Origin: an uncultured Nitrospiraceae bacterium
GTDB lineage: Bacteria; Nitrospirota; Nitrospiria; Nitrospirales; UBA8639
Direction: 5' to 3'
Assembly: GCA_963734345.1 (NCBI GenBank)
Contig: CAVTGT010000011.1
Location: 505,334 to 569,333 of the forward strand
DNA: 64,000 nt
In this document: in pieces, positions 9,075-18,125 of the stretch
Layout of the letters: each line of letters begins with the position of its first letter
Position numbering within the stretch: position 1 is the stretch's first letter
Made by a program: the position numbers and the translations under genes
The notes under the pieces: generated by a model
Databases searched by the model: none
The model's input: the letters and a program-made list of their open reading frames with translations, nothing else
What the model was told of the DNA's origin: nothing

Positions 9075-10193
9075 TTAGTTATTGATGAGCGGGTTGGAAT
9101 TTAAAAGGATTTGGGAGTGTTCACCATGAGGAGAGGAAAAAACCATTCTTCCAGTATTAGTCTGCATGAAGCGAGTTACCACGACTTCGATTGCTTGGCC
9201 GACTAGTGTGGCACCATGGTCGACTACGACCATAGTGCCATCGTCCAGATGTGCAATTCCTTGGCCTTGTCCCTGGCCCTCTTTATGAATAAATACGCGA
9301 ATCGTTTCACCAGGCAACACCAAAGGCCGTAATTGGTAAGTGAGGTCGTTCACGTTGAGAGAGAGCACTCCTTGCAGTGATGCAATTTTTGCCAGATTCC
9401 AATCATTGGTCACGATTTTTGCCTCACGGTTTTTGGCTATTGCGATCAGTTGATGGTCAACCGCCGATATGGCCGGATCCCAATCATCGATCACTTGCAC
9501 GCCCACATTCGGCAGTTGTTGCAGTTGGGATAAAATTTCCAAACCGCGCTTGCCTTTGTTTCGCTTAGAAAAATGTCCGGAGTCGGCTAATGCTTGGAGT
9601 TCATGTAAAATTCCCTGAGGAACGATAAAGGGACCTTCCAAAAAGCCCGTCGCGCAGAGAGGCAGGACACGTCCATCAATAATGGCGCTGGAATCTAATA
9701 ATTTTTGAACATTGTTTGTTGGGGATGGCGAAATGTGAGGAGAGGAATCTAAAGGTAATTCGGTGATTTGGGAATGTGAAAAAGTTTGGCAGATGTGAAT
9801 GCCAACTACCATCCCAATGTAGGGACAGAGAAGAAGTACCGGAAGCATGATCCAGGGATTGAAAAAAGAATACGAAGGAAGTCCCAACCCCATTCCCAGA
9901 ATCAACAGTCCGGTTCCCGCTATCCCCACGATGATGCCAAGACTCCCGCCAACGATGGTTGAGCGGCCGCATGCCATAAGTTGGGTTTCTATCCATAGAC
10001 CCGCGCACCCAATTGCTAACCCAATTGTTCCCCATAGGATAATATCCGGGATAAGGCTTGGCCACTGGAAGGGAGCATGGCCGAGACCTGCATAGAGCCC
10101 CGCGATCATACAGAAGACGAGATAGAGCAGTTTGGACTTGTGAAGAATAGGATAGGTCGGAAATAGTGAAGAAGTGGAAAATGATGCAACCAT
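9075..10193 (-). CDS. membrane-anchored PIN and TRAM domain protein (YacL-like)
   Basis: N-terminal TM helices, a PIN-like segment (LLDSSAIIDGRV..) and a C-terminal TRAM-like segment (GETIRVFIHKEGQG..GIAHLDDGTMVVV). Confidence 0.8.
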   Translation of the reverse strand: MVASFSTSSLFPTYPILHKSKLLYLVFCMIAGLYAGLGHAPFQWPSLIPDIILWGTIGLAIGCAGLWIETQLMACGRSTIVGGSLGIIVGIAGTGLLILGMGLGLPSYSFFNPWIMLPVLLLCPYIGMVVGIHICQTFSHSQITELPLDSSPHISPSPTNNVQKLLDSSAIIDGRVLPLCATGFLEGPFIVPQGILHELQALADSGHFSKRNKGKRGLEILSQLQQLPNVGVQVIDDWDPAISAVDHQLIAIAKNREAKIVTNDWNLAKIASLQGVLSLNVNDLTYQLRPLVLPGETIRVFIHKEGQGQGQGIAHLDDGTMVVVDHGATLVGQAIEVVVTRFMQTNTGRMVFSSPHGEHSQILLNSNPLINN

Positions 10194-10434
10194 CTTGGAG
10201 TGACTCCTTCCTGGGATGATGAAATATTCGATTGGTTGTGGGGGCTACCCTATGTGATCTGGTTTGAGATGAACAAAAATTCTCTAAAGGAAATCTCTTT
10301 ATGCGTGTTGTCCGGCGAATGATAATCCAAGAAAAACAATTCTTTAGGGATTCAAGGGGGCGTATATCTGAACAATAAGGTTTTTCCTTTACTTCCAATC
10401 GGCCGGCAACGGATGAAAATCCGAATGAGAACAA

Positions 10435-10980
10435 TCACTTCATTGTGTATGTTCCTGTTGGAGTTTCTGCTTCAGATCGTTGGGAAGAGATATGATCGGA
10501 GTTGAGCATTGACTCGGGATCTTCTTGAGTGGATCTCTGGCAGACATGACTTTCTGCGACTTCCAGGACGGTGGCGATTCCGCGAAGATTCAAATCATGG
10601 ACCAGACGAAATTGAAGACGGCTGTGTTGGTCAAAAAATAATGTTTCGCATCGATGGGAGGGTAAGGAGCGAGAAAGGCGTAGAGAGCGGCCTAATCGTC
10701 CGAGTGGGTCTGCTAGAAGTGGAAAACAAAATTCATGAGGAGGACGAACCCACGATTGCCCAAACCCATGTTCATCATGCACCAAGACGGCCAATACAAC
10801 CCCGCACTCATGAAATCGATTGACTTGCGGATCTAACAACCAAGCCTCGGGTTCGGGTAATGAAGGAAGGCAACACAACACCAATTGGTTTCCTTGAAAT
10901 GCAGTTAAGGGAAGATAGGTCATTCTGCCGTTCAGCAAGCATGGGACCCTCCATAGGGGTGCGTGTGTTCCGATTTTCAT
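10435..10980 (-). CDS. thioredoxin-fold / peroxiredoxin-like protein with an atypical active site
   Basis: AhpC/TSA-like layout (..LTAFQGNQLVLCCLPSL..), but the usual FTFVCPTE peroxidatic motif is replaced by SLPEPEA. Confidence 0.5.
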   Translation of the reverse strand: MKIGTHAPLWRVPCLLNGRMTYLPLTAFQGNQLVLCCLPSLPEPEAWLLDPQVNRFHECGVVLAVLVHDEHGFGQSWVRPPHEFCFPLLADPLGRLGRSLRLSRSLPSHRCETLFFDQHSRLQFRLVHDLNLRGIATVLEVAESHVCQRSTQEDPESMLNSDHISSQRSEAETPTGTYTMK

Positions 10981-11426
10981 AATCCGGGCCTCCTTGATAT
11001 TTCTGTTAAATTTCCTCTGTGATTAAGCGAATCGTCTACTCTGATTCCCATCGTGTATTAGTTTGTTAAATCTGTAGATTTTTTGGAAATATGTTGGTAA
11101 TTCAATGATAATTCAAGGAATTGAATCCAGTTTAATATGAATTTGAAACCTATTATCAATATCATATTAAGAGTTGTGAGCCTTTGTCAATACTTAAAAT
11201 TTCTCAGTGCTCAGAATAGTTTTTAGCGAGTTCGACGTTGTTAATAAAGGTCGGCTAGTGATGAATAGTAGGAGGAACCAGATAGGTGATGGAGATAAAG
11301 AATCTGGGGGAAGCGACCCTCAAAAAAATGAGCGTGACCGGGAATGGTTATATTGAGAGACGTATCTTCTAATCTGTGAAAGACAGCCTTTTAAAAAATG
11401 ACGCTGGGGCCTTATTCAAATGGGGA

Positions 11427-11458
11427 GAGCCCACGGTGATTCAAGACACCGTGGGCTC
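11427..11458 (-). terminator. perfect 12-bp hairpin downstream of the operon's last gene
   Basis: GAGCCCACGGTG (11427-11438) pairs with CACCGTGGGCTC (11447-11458). The U tract on the minus strand is weak. Confidence 0.5.
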
Positions 11459-11527
11459 ATCGGATATAAGGCCAATTTAAGTCCCGCTGACGAGAAGAGA
11501 CTCTTGCAGGGGAAAGGATAAACTCTG

Positions 11528-13348
11528 TTACTCATAGTCTTCATTTAATGATTTCAAAAAAGCGGTTAATGAGGGAATATCTTCTTGAAGTAAGGCGATG
11601 TCTTTGAGTCGAGAATCACCATTCCGAAGTTGCCCATTTCTGGCTAAATCGGAATTTGTGATGTAACCGTTGATCACGCCTTCAAGGGTATCGGCAATTC
11701 CGGCATGACTATATGGCGCCGAATGGCTCAAATCGCGAAGACCGGGAGTTTTAAAAGCGGCAATCGCCCTTGGTAAGAGCCGTTCAGGCCGGCACGCCCG
11801 GAATCCACGAAATACGCCAAAGTGTTCGCTCAGGGCGTCTTCGCAAAGAGTTTCCCAAATGGACAGTTGAGATGAGAGGTAATCGGGGTTCCAGAAAATA
11901 TTCCAGACCCCGAGATCGGTCAATTGCGAGTTATCCGCTATGGGAATGGACCGGAAGATTTCTTGGGCATAGGGATGTTGTGCGGTAGCCGGGAGGAATG
12001 CCTCAGGGTTCATATTTCGTTCTACCAGCCCGGGAATATCAAGTCCGACAAAGGCCCCTGGTCCATGGATCCGATCATACTCCAATTGAGCAATTCCAGT
12101 GTTGTGAAATCGGAAATCGGTAAAATCTGGGGCGGCATGACAGGCAATGCAATTGCCGATTCCTCCTTGTGCGAGATCACCAGGTCGAAGGTGACCTTGC
12201 TTTTGGGCAAAAAAGATTTTAAGACCCTTCAATTCTTCTTCACCAAAAATAAAGGGTTGGTCGTGAAACTGAAACTTCCCGTCTTCCGTATGAGGATTGC
12301 TTTCAACAAACTGAATGGATTTTTTCGAGGATGATTTTTGACGTGTCTTGAAATGCCGTTTAAAGGATTTTGAATGATCCTTGGATTCGAGACGTTGAAT
12401 CTCTGCCAGGAGCCTCTGACTGTATGAGAGTGCGGATTCCCATTTTCCAGGTTGTTTTGGCAGATCGTTGAGTTCCAGGAAAACATCAAATGGGGATAAA
12501 TTGAAATTGCCCTCCTCATCCTGTGAAAAGACGAGGTTTTCCGTATAGGCACCGATGAGTTGGGAGACGGCCTGAAAAATCTGCTGGTCAGTTGCCTGAA
12601 TAACATCTACACGAAATTCCTCAGGCAGCAGGAATTCTTGAGGAATGGCGGGGTCGGTACCGGTCAGCAAAACGGTATAAGAAATCCCGCCGAATTCCTG
12701 CGCAAGGTTTCCGGTCCCGTTATCTTCACGAATCACTCGTGCCACATGAGCGATGGCGATAGCTTCCTCTCCAGGAAGCCATCCATAATTCCTTCCTGTC
12801 AATGTGCCTTGTACCAAATCAACCAATGACGGAAATTCCGCATCCGCATGCATGAAGAAAGCATTTCGAGGACGAGACGCATTGACGAGGGGAGGGGAAT
12901 TACGAAGCGTGACCGTCTTGCCGTCTTCCCTGGCAGGAATGGGGCTACGCCGCGCAAAATCCGTATAGGTGCGCATGCCGTAACCAGTGGTTTCAAGTTG
13001 TTCATCCACAAGATGGCAGCTCCGGCAATTCATGGATTGCCCGACAAATGGTCCCTCGGCGAATTGATCGGAGGGCAGTTTCCAGTTCACCGTTTTGTCC
13101 AAAGCAGGATCACCAAGAAGCAAGGGGTCATTGACATCCCCTCCATTATCCAAAAAGACCTTGAATAATTGGGCGAAACGAGTTTCTACAAATAATCGTT
13201 CTCCATTGGCGACTTCCGGTGGATCGGCGTCTTCTGTTTCTTGAGCAAAGACATGGGAAAGGGTCCATACGCTTCCTGAGAGAATCGTCAGCAGCGACAA
13301 AAGCATGACGGGAATAAAATGTGCGGTGCACCTTGAAACGGTACTCAT
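11528..13348 (-). CDS. di-haem cytochrome c peroxidase / MauG-family protein, enlarged (606 aa)
   Basis: Two CxxCH motifs (CRSCH, CIACH) about 290 residues apart. N-terminal signal or anchor. The start at 13348 has GGAGG 7 nt upstream. Confidence 0.8.
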   Translation of the reverse strand: MSTVSRCTAHFIPVMLLSLLTILSGSVWTLSHVFAQETEDADPPEVANGERLFVETRFAQLFKVFLDNGGDVNDPLLLGDPALDKTVNWKLPSDQFAEGPFVGQSMNCRSCHLVDEQLETTGYGMRTYTDFARRSPIPAREDGKTVTLRNSPPLVNASRPRNAFFMHADAEFPSLVDLVQGTLTGRNYGWLPGEEAIAIAHVARVIREDNGTGNLAQEFGGISYTVLLTGTDPAIPQEFLLPEEFRVDVIQATDQQIFQAVSQLIGAYTENLVFSQDEEGNFNLSPFDVFLELNDLPKQPGKWESALSYSQRLLAEIQRLESKDHSKSFKRHFKTRQKSSSKKSIQFVESNPHTEDGKFQFHDQPFIFGEEELKGLKIFFAQKQGHLRPGDLAQGGIGNCIACHAAPDFTDFRFHNTGIAQLEYDRIHGPGAFVGLDIPGLVERNMNPEAFLPATAQHPYAQEIFRSIPIADNSQLTDLGVWNIFWNPDYLSSQLSIWETLCEDALSEHFGVFRGFRACRPERLLPRAIAAFKTPGLRDLSHSAPYSHAGIADTLEGVINGYITNSDLARNGQLRNGDSRLKDIALLQEDIPSLTAFLKSLNEDYE

Positions 13349-13571
13349 GATTAAAACCTCCAGAAATAACCCTCGAATAAAAAAATGGCTCTTTGGCCTT
13401 GTGAGAAAGGACATTCTTCTGTGCCTTTCCCATTTTTCTCTTATTCCCCCTTCCACATCATGCGGGGAGGGGTGGCGGAGGATCCAGGAGAAGATCCTCC
13501 GCCTTTTAAGGCGGGCAATGAGGAGTGCCCGCCTTCAAACTGATAAGCCGATAACCCAAAGCTAACGATAT

Positions 13572-13611
13572 AAAAAAAAGAGCCCATGAACGCAAATAGC
13601 TCATGGGCTCT
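13572..13611 (-). terminator. rho-independent terminator
   Basis: Stem GAGCCCATGA pairs with TCATGGGCTC, and an A8 run on the plus strand gives a U tract on the minus strand. It lies downstream of the 13658 stop codon. Confidence 0.55.
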
Positions 13612-13657
13612 GGACGAAAAATCTCTGGCCTACAACCGATGTGTCGTGAGTCGCAGT

Positions 13658-14170
13658 TTAGTCTTCGGATTCCTCCATCATAAAGGCTGCTTTTTGCCAC
13701 CACATTTCATACATGGGGATGATAAACATAATCAAAAATCCTATAACCATCAGCAGATCGCCTGTGAGCATGGTTAAGACGAATACCGGCGACACATAGG
13801 TAATCATCCAGGGTGAAGCGAGATCGAGCGTCACACCGAGAAATGAAATCCATGTAGTCATGACCTTTAGTGTGGGACTGATCATCGTCAAATACAGCAC
13901 ATGCACCATAATCATGAACACCACCGGCATGGTGAATAAGTGAAAGTGAGTCGTCTCCGACAGTTGTCCGAAGGACATGGGTTCACCGAATGTCGCATCC
14001 GACCCTCGATAATGTTCTGCAAGACCTTTTGGACTTAATTCCGTCATGCTGTGCGCCCAGAAGAACGTAAAGACAAAACCGATGAGCATTAAAAGGAGAA
14101 ACCAGGTATACACGAGGCGAATGTGGCGGTCGGTATCACGTAAAAGAAATCGTTTATTAAAATTTCGCAT
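13658..14170 (-). CDS. 4-TM membrane protein with conserved-looking His residues
   Basis: Four hydrophobic helices carrying WAH, HFH and VH histidines. An internal ATG was chosen so the gene starts 16 nt after the upstream gene's stop codon. Confidence 0.6.
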   Translation of the reverse strand: MRNFNKRFLLRDTDRHIRLVYTWFLLLMLIGFVFTFFWAHSMTELSPKGLAEHYRGSDATFGEPMSFGQLSETTHFHLFTMPVVFMIMVHVLYLTMISPTLKVMTTWISFLGVTLDLASPWMITYVSPVFVLTMLTGDLLMVIGFLIMFIIPMYEMWWQKAAFMMEESED

Positions 14171-14186
14171 CTCATTGCGCTGTGCT

Positions 14187-14879
14187 CTAGAATCCCAATA
14201 GGGACTCAAAAAATCCTTTGTTGTTTCCGTTAGCCATATTGATGGCGCTCCTCTTACCTGATGGTTTGAGATATAGCTCTTCAACCAGCACCAGCGCTCG
14301 TTTGACACCGGCACTCATGGAGCGGACGGACATGGTGGCACCGGAAATATTGATGATGTCCCGGTTGATACGGATCGGGTGGTAGGGAGTTTTTCCTTGA
14401 AATTGGTAATTGAATCGTTTCGTTCGAACTTCACTGCCTCGGGACTCACGATACACCAAGACTTCTACGTTCAGGACTTCCCCCTGAGGGTCGACGCCCA
14501 CCATGTAGGTCATGGGTTTATGTTTCCCAATGGTATTTTGAATAAGCGCCCACCCGTCGATCTTGCCTTTGGTCTCTCCAATAAAAAAATCAAAGGTGGT
14601 TTCCGGAAAATTCCATCCGATACGTTCTTCGATGAGGTTCTTTTGTTCGGGGGAGAGAGTAAGCAATTCATTGCGGGTGTGATCAGAGTCGGGAAACATC
14701 AACTTTGCCGCTTCCTCTGGGGTCAGGTAGACGTCTTCCTGAACCATTTCCTGTGGAGTCAGATACCGCTTCAATTCCTCATCCCAGACCGGGTCATTCT
14801 GGGCATGGGCGGCGGGTTGGGGGATAAACGCCAGTAAAAGACCTCCGAAAATAGCAATGTTTAAGATTCGACGATGCAT
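14187..14879 (-). CDS. secreted FMN-binding domain protein
   Basis: Sec signal peptide (..PAAHAQ). C-terminal FMN_bind-like region with INISGATMSVRS, matching the [S/T]GAT flavinylation site (Thr182, codon 14334-14336). Confidence 0.75.
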   Translation of the reverse strand: MHRRILNIAIFGGLLLAFIPQPAAHAQNDPVWDEELKRYLTPQEMVQEDVYLTPEEAAKLMFPDSDHTRNELLTLSPEQKNLIEERIGWNFPETTFDFFIGETKGKIDGWALIQNTIGKHKPMTYMVGVDPQGEVLNVEVLVYRESRGSEVRTKRFNYQFQGKTPYHPIRINRDIINISGATMSVRSMSAGVKRALVLVEELYLKPSGKRSAINMANGNNKGFFESLLGF

Positions 14880-15364
14880 CCTTCCGCCTCAAGGTTCTTG
14901 GTTAAAGTGTTCAAAATTTGATTCATCTGTTCTTGGGAGGGTTCCACCGGAGCCCAAGCGTATATTCTGCCTCCTCCACGAAATCCCCAATGTTGTCGGC
15001 GTTCGGCGAGTTGAAGCCGGATCACGTTCGCTTCGACAGAGGTGAGGGTTAAGCTGAGCTGTGAGCGCTCTTTATTAGCCAACCCTTCACGGCGCATCAG
15101 CCCGTATTCGGGGCCTTGCACGTACTGAACCCGCCATCCCGTTTCGATGAGCCCCTTGGTTTTATCCTTAACGGTCAAGGGATAGGCATTGAGAGCTTGC
15201 AGGGAAGAATTCCAAACCGAATCCATCGGACAAGCCAGATATCGTTCGGCCGTCAGATCGGCGCCTGTTAACGAAGCGCATCCCATTTGAAAGGCACTAC
15301 AGATGATTATGGCAACCCAAGTATTGATCTGCTGAGAATGAGAAGAAACCGGATACAACTTCAT
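14861..15364 (-). CDS. lipoprotein, unknown function
   Basis: Lipobox FQMGC after a hydrophobic segment. Internal ATG start at MKLYPV. Overlaps the downstream gene by 19 nt, consistent with an operon. Confidence 0.55.
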   Translation of the reverse strand: MKLYPVSSHSQQINTWVAIIICSAFQMGCASLTGADLTAERYLACPMDSVWNSSLQALNAYPLTVKDKTKGLIETGWRVQYVQGPEYGLMRREGLANKERSQLSLTLTSVEANVIRLQLAERRQHWGFRGGGRIYAWAPVEPSQEQMNQILNTLTKNLEAEGCIVES

Positions 15365-15585
15365 AAAAAAATAACGAAAATGATAACCGTTATATTTGAA
15401 AATGATTCTTATTATGATAATGAAAACGCGCATATCCTACCACCGGCTAATGTATGGGGTCAACAGGCGCCGAACTGAAAATTTCCATCAGGATTAGGCT
15501 GCCTGATGGGCACTAACAAGAATTGTAAAGGGGGAAGGGAAAGGCCCTTTATGAGGCCCTTTCCCTTCTCGATGCGGGAGGTGGC

Positions 15586-16974
15586 CTAGAAATACGTCGC
15601 CCAGGAGGCCAGGAAGGCCGTATCGTGTATCCGTTGCCCGTTCGCTTGTCCAACCGGTGTGTACTGGAAGTCGGTTTTAAAGACGGTATCTTCTGTGGGA
15701 CGGAAGTTCAGGCCAAAGGTCCAACGTTGCCACTCCCCTAGTTTCCCCGCTTCTGTGTTGTCATCTAAATCCTGTCCCAGATTCATTTGTTCCCATCTTG
15801 CCACCGCGGTGAAGGTGGAAACTTCCTGTTTGAAGAATGTCGGGGCCATGTTGCTCATCCATTGGGGAAGAAAATGATAATTCAACTGGAGATAATACCC
15901 TTGCATTCTCCGTGGGTTGCCATTTGGAGTGCCGTTTTGATTGATATTATTATCCCGGATATAGGCCCAAGCGCTTTCTCCGATGAATTCAAACGGGCCA
16001 CGTATGAATGTCCAATCCAAAGCCCAAATGGCTATAGGACGTTTACTCGCTGAGTCATACGACCCGAATAATCCCGACCCACCGATTTCCACTCCCAAAA
16101 TTGGACTAAACGCGACACGTCCCATGACGGATTTACCATTATTATTGTCAAAGCTCGTATTGTCTGATCTCGCACTGCGTATTCCGTTGGTTTGGTTGAT
16201 ATTGGAAGTGTTATTAGGATTGCCATTTCCTCCAAAGGCATTGGTGAATCCACTTGTCACGTAGAATTCGTAATCTAACTTCGAGAGGGCGGTGGGGTAA
16301 AAGGTTCCGTAACTCCCGATTCCCGGTTGGTGAAGAGTTGATGGGATGATCCGTTGGGCCACGAGAGGGCGTTCGGTGAGATCACGGAGTGGTGCGTCAT
16401 GCAGGAGGTTGAATTTTCCAAGGGGAGCGAGGATGATGCCGGCACGCAAATTAATAGGTTCTTGAATCAGATAATCGATGGTGGCAAATTCCACTTTAAT
16501 GTCATTTGTTCCATGCTCAAATTCAATCTCCGCGGCGAATTTGACCCGGTCACTGACATCTCCGTATATGAAGGGCACTAACCGGTGTTGATCGAAAAAG
16601 CTGTTGCCCTGGTTTTTCCGATTGAAATATTCGATATCCATGTAGCCGCCGACGATGGCCTTAGGGGAGGAGACGAATGGTCTGGCATAGATTAGGCCAC
16701 CTGACCCTTGCATGGTTGAGTTAAATTTTTTGTTCGGCGTACGTGGTTGTGATAATTCTCCCAAGGTTTCCTTGGCCGGTTCGCCGGGACGTTGAGTGGG
16801 TGGGGCCGCGAAAGTCGGCGGCGCTTGACGTTGTTGGTTGAGATACTCCTCCACTGCTTTTTGGACTGCTTCCTGTTGCGCGGGAGTCAATTCTTCTGCT
16901 CCTGGTGCGGAGAAGGCTGGAACAGTTGAAAAGAGACAGAGGGCCACAAGGACACCGATGGCAGGCTTCTTCAT
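15586..16974 (-). CDS. outer-membrane beta-barrel porin
   Basis: Signal peptide (..VPAFSAPGA), alternating beta-strand pattern, C-terminal aromatic residue (..SWATYF). Confidence 0.7.
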   Translation of the reverse strand: MKKPAIGVLVALCLFSTVPAFSAPGAEELTPAQQEAVQKAVEEYLNQQRQAPPTFAAPPTQRPGEPAKETLGELSQPRTPNKKFNSTMQGSGGLIYARPFVSSPKAIVGGYMDIEYFNRKNQGNSFFDQHRLVPFIYGDVSDRVKFAAEIEFEHGTNDIKVEFATIDYLIQEPINLRAGIILAPLGKFNLLHDAPLRDLTERPLVAQRIIPSTLHQPGIGSYGTFYPTALSKLDYEFYVTSGFTNAFGGNGNPNNTSNINQTNGIRSARSDNTSFDNNNGKSVMGRVAFSPILGVEIGGSGLFGSYDSASKRPIAIWALDWTFIRGPFEFIGESAWAYIRDNNINQNGTPNGNPRRMQGYYLQLNYHFLPQWMSNMAPTFFKQEVSTFTAVARWEQMNLGQDLDDNTEAGKLGEWQRWTFGLNFRPTEDTVFKTDFQYTPVGQANGQRIHDTAFLASWATYF

Positions 16975-17271
16975 GAATGAAAACCTCCTTAATTAAGGCT
17001 GGGACGCGGAGGTCCTCAGGGAAAGGGTAGGGGACTCGGGGTCCTCAATGGAAGGGACTCACGATTGACCGTGAATCAGAACGCAACACATCACATTTTT
17101 CAGTCGCACACTCGATTGAAAGTGTTCCCCCGTCATTAGGAGCTCAATGAGGTAAAGGGAATGAAAACAAGACGCTTGCAGCGTTTGCATTTCAGTTCCA
17201 CTCCATCTTTTTTTAAGATGGCCATCAGTTGCCCGCAATGGCAGCGCATCTCGGAGGTGGTTGCGCATAAC

Positions 17272-17335
17272 GATAATATTTCTGTTTCTCGAATCATCTT
17301 GATGATGAATGTAATTATTGTTAATTTTGAAATTG
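17272..17335. promoter_or_regulatory. AT-rich Fur-box-like hexamer repeats in a divergent promoter region
   Basis: GATAATATTTCTG.., GAATCATCTTGATGATGAAT and AATGTAATTATTGTTAAT resemble GATAAT-type hexamers. Confidence 0.25.
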
Positions 17336-17449
17336 AGAGCTGTTCTTAATACCGCATCCGTTTGGCGTCTGTCAAGTTGAGACCTGCTTTACTTCCAGGT
17401 CCATTTATGCCGTGCGAGTTTGCGGGAAATGGAGGGGTATAATGGCTGA

Positions 17450-18061
17450 ATGCCCATGCTGAATGTTCTTGCTTGCCGTATTGCATTTCTAGGAATTTTT
17501 GTTGGAATGAGTATGGGATGCACGCATCAGCTCCCCTCTCATCCCGCTCAGGAAGACCTCAGAGAGCCCCTGGTTTTCGGGCATATCGAAGTGTGGCAGG
17601 AAGAGCCGTCAGGAAGGATTTTCCTCCCAGAATTGGCTTCTCTTGAATTCATCTCCAAGGATGGTCAAAGGCGTTATCGTGTGGATATTGGGGCGGCTTC
17701 CTCCTATTTCTTTTTTTCATTGGACCCGGGACAGTATCAGGTGACCCGAATAATAGTTCAGGAAGGCGGGTTTCGATCCAGTGCGGAAGTTCCGCTAACC
17801 TTTGAAGTGCCGGACCAGGGAGTGGTGTATCTTGGCGGTTGGCGGTTCCAGATTGATCCTCCGAATTATACAAGGGAGTTAGAAGTAACAATTGTCTCCG
17901 AACCAGTAAAAGCCATTGTAGGAATGACGGTTCGTTATCCGACTCTTTCTTCCAATGTGGTTGTGTCCTCCCTGGCGGAACCTCCTTTGTTACGGGCACG
18001 ATTGTATGAAATGACTCCATACCCCCGGGTCCGATGGTTCAATCGACATAATTCCACATAA
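17450..18061 (+). CDS. lipoprotein, unknown function
   Basis: Signal peptide with lipobox MSMGC. No motif recognised. Confidence 0.6.
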   Translation: MPMLNVLACRIAFLGIFVGMSMGCTHQLPSHPAQEDLREPLVFGHIEVWQEEPSGRIFLPELASLEFISKDGQRRYRVDIGAASSYFFFSLDPGQYQVTRIIVQEGGFRSSAEVPLTFEVPDQGVVYLGGWRFQIDPPNYTRELEVTIVSEPVKAIVGMTVRYPTLSSNVVVSSLAEPPLLRARLYEMTPYPRVRWFNRHNST

Positions 18062-18125
18062 ATTCTTTCAAGCGGATTCGGGCTATTCTTAAACAAGCGT
18101 AATTAAGGAGGATAGGAGATTAATC

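Noticed and set aside
9676-10434. 252-aa minus-strand ORF overlapping the PIN/TRAM gene
   Set aside because: It is an alternate frame of a clearly coding gene, with a low-complexity translation and no RBS.
17059-17268. 69-aa minus-strand ORF in the porin-operon promoter region
   Set aside because: It has no RBS, an odd composition, and lies in the AT-rich regulatory region.
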